DNA from: Geosiphon pyriformis uo1 | Taxonomy: Eukaryota; Fungi; Glomeromycota | Assembly: GCA_016748015.1 (NCBI GenBank) | Contig: JAAOMT010000096.1 | Coordinates: forward strand, 68,803-132,802 | DNA length: 64,000 nucleotides | Direction: 5' to 3' | Shown: positions 62,901 to 64,000 of the stretch, in pieces | How the letters are laid out: every line of letters begins with the position of its first letter | How positions within the stretch are numbered: the stretch's first letter is position 1 | Program-made: the position numbers and the translations under genes | The notes under the pieces: generated by a model | Seen by the model: only the letters and a program-made list of their open reading frames with translations | Databases searched by the model: none | What the model was told of the DNA's origin: nothing

Positions 62901-64000
62901 GGTTGGGTCTCTGAATTTGTTAGTATATACATGAATGCACATCAAAAAGCCGTCCATATTGCTTCTGATGGAGGTCGTGTATGCCGTCCTTTAATTATTG
63001 TGGAAGATAGACAGCCCAAAGTTACCCAGGAACATATTCAGGTTTCTTTTAGTTGGGGTTTTCTGTGATTCGCAACTATTATTGTTTTTAAGTCTAGTGC
63101 GCTAAATCAGCTTCGAATATTCCAGTTGCTAAAGCAAGGGAAAATGGAATTTAATGATTTCTTGAGGAAAGGATTGGTTGAATACTTGGATGTAAATGAA
63201 GAGAATGATTCTAATATTGCAATATACGAGCGAGAAATTATCCCAGAGACCACTCATCTCGAGATTGAGCCTTTTACTATTTTGGGTGGGGTGGCTGGAT
63301 TGATCCCATATCCTCATCACAATCAGAGTCCAAGGAACACGTTTGTGACTTTGCTATCTTTTCTCCCACTCAATGATCCTTCAAGTTTTAGATGCGGAAG
63401 ACTCATAGTAATTGAATTTTTCAAACCAACAGCTACCAGTGTGCCATGGGCAAGCAAGCTATCGGTGCTATAGCCTATAATCAATTTCAAAGAGTCGATA
63501 CACTTCTTTATTTGATGGTATACCCGCAACAGCCTCTTGTCAAGACAAAAACCATCGAGTTGGTAGGGTATGATAAAGTAAGTTACTTTGTACATATTAA
63601 TATAATTTTGTTTCTCATCCCAAGTTTTTGAGTACTAGATATTTTTAAACATAGCTCCCTGCTGGTCAAAATGCTGTGATAGCTGTGATGAGTTATTCGG
63701 GATATGATATTGAAGACGCTCTAGTTTTAAATAAGGTAGACATTTTTTTATCAAAATTTATACATGCCTTTACTTGTTGATATACATTTTAAACTATTTA
63801 AGGCCTCAGTTGATCGGGGGTTCGGAAGATGTCAGATGATGAGAAAATCTGTTGCTCTCCTTAAAAATTATGCAAACGGAAGGTGATTTATTTGAACTTT
63901 CAATTTTTATTTTATACAATTCTCAAAAAAAATCTTTAATTTCCAGTTATGATCGTTTAGCTGATCCCCCCTCTGGAGACACTAGCGAAAAATATTCTTT
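59985..64000 (+). CDS. RPC2: RNA polymerase III second-largest subunit, 5' part. Predicted exons 59985-60611, 60686-60840, 60914-61182, 61276-61393, 61470-61590, 61705-62084, 62156-62489, 62556-62703, 62770-63041, 63126-63340, 63433-63577, 63655-63735, 63803-63882, 63947->64000
   Basis: Pol III-type motifs [109 protein letters not shown] and LPAGQNA. All introns are GT-AG with consistent phase. Confidence 0.96.

Overview
AT-rich eukaryotic (fungal) DNA. The intron-rich RPC2 gene and the repeat families resemble Glomeromycotina (from memory, Geosiphon-like; not verified). About 58 kb (1-58320) is a nested transposon graveyard eroded by C>T/G>A transitions. It holds one structurally complete Ty3/Gypsy LTR retrotransposon (family A, 21439-31622; 975-bp LTRs, GCTT TSD), several older or partial family A copies, solo LTRs of at least four families, two near full-length and several partial APE-RT-RNase H LINEs, and a degraded pogo-like element. 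A Tc1 (DD34E) element follows at 58409-59743, then the 5' part of RPC2 (59985 to the window end). The most unusual object is family A, which is organised like a complex retrovirus. ORF1 appears to start at GUG and encodes an N-terminal extension, Gag, PR, a Cys-rich domain, dUTPase, RT and RNase H, ending at a stop conserved in three copies. Integrase is a separate ORF with its own ATG. An orphan ORF3 runs through the PPT into the 3' LTR. The LTR carries a tandem, covarying hairpin array. All alignments were done by eye and no database searches were run.
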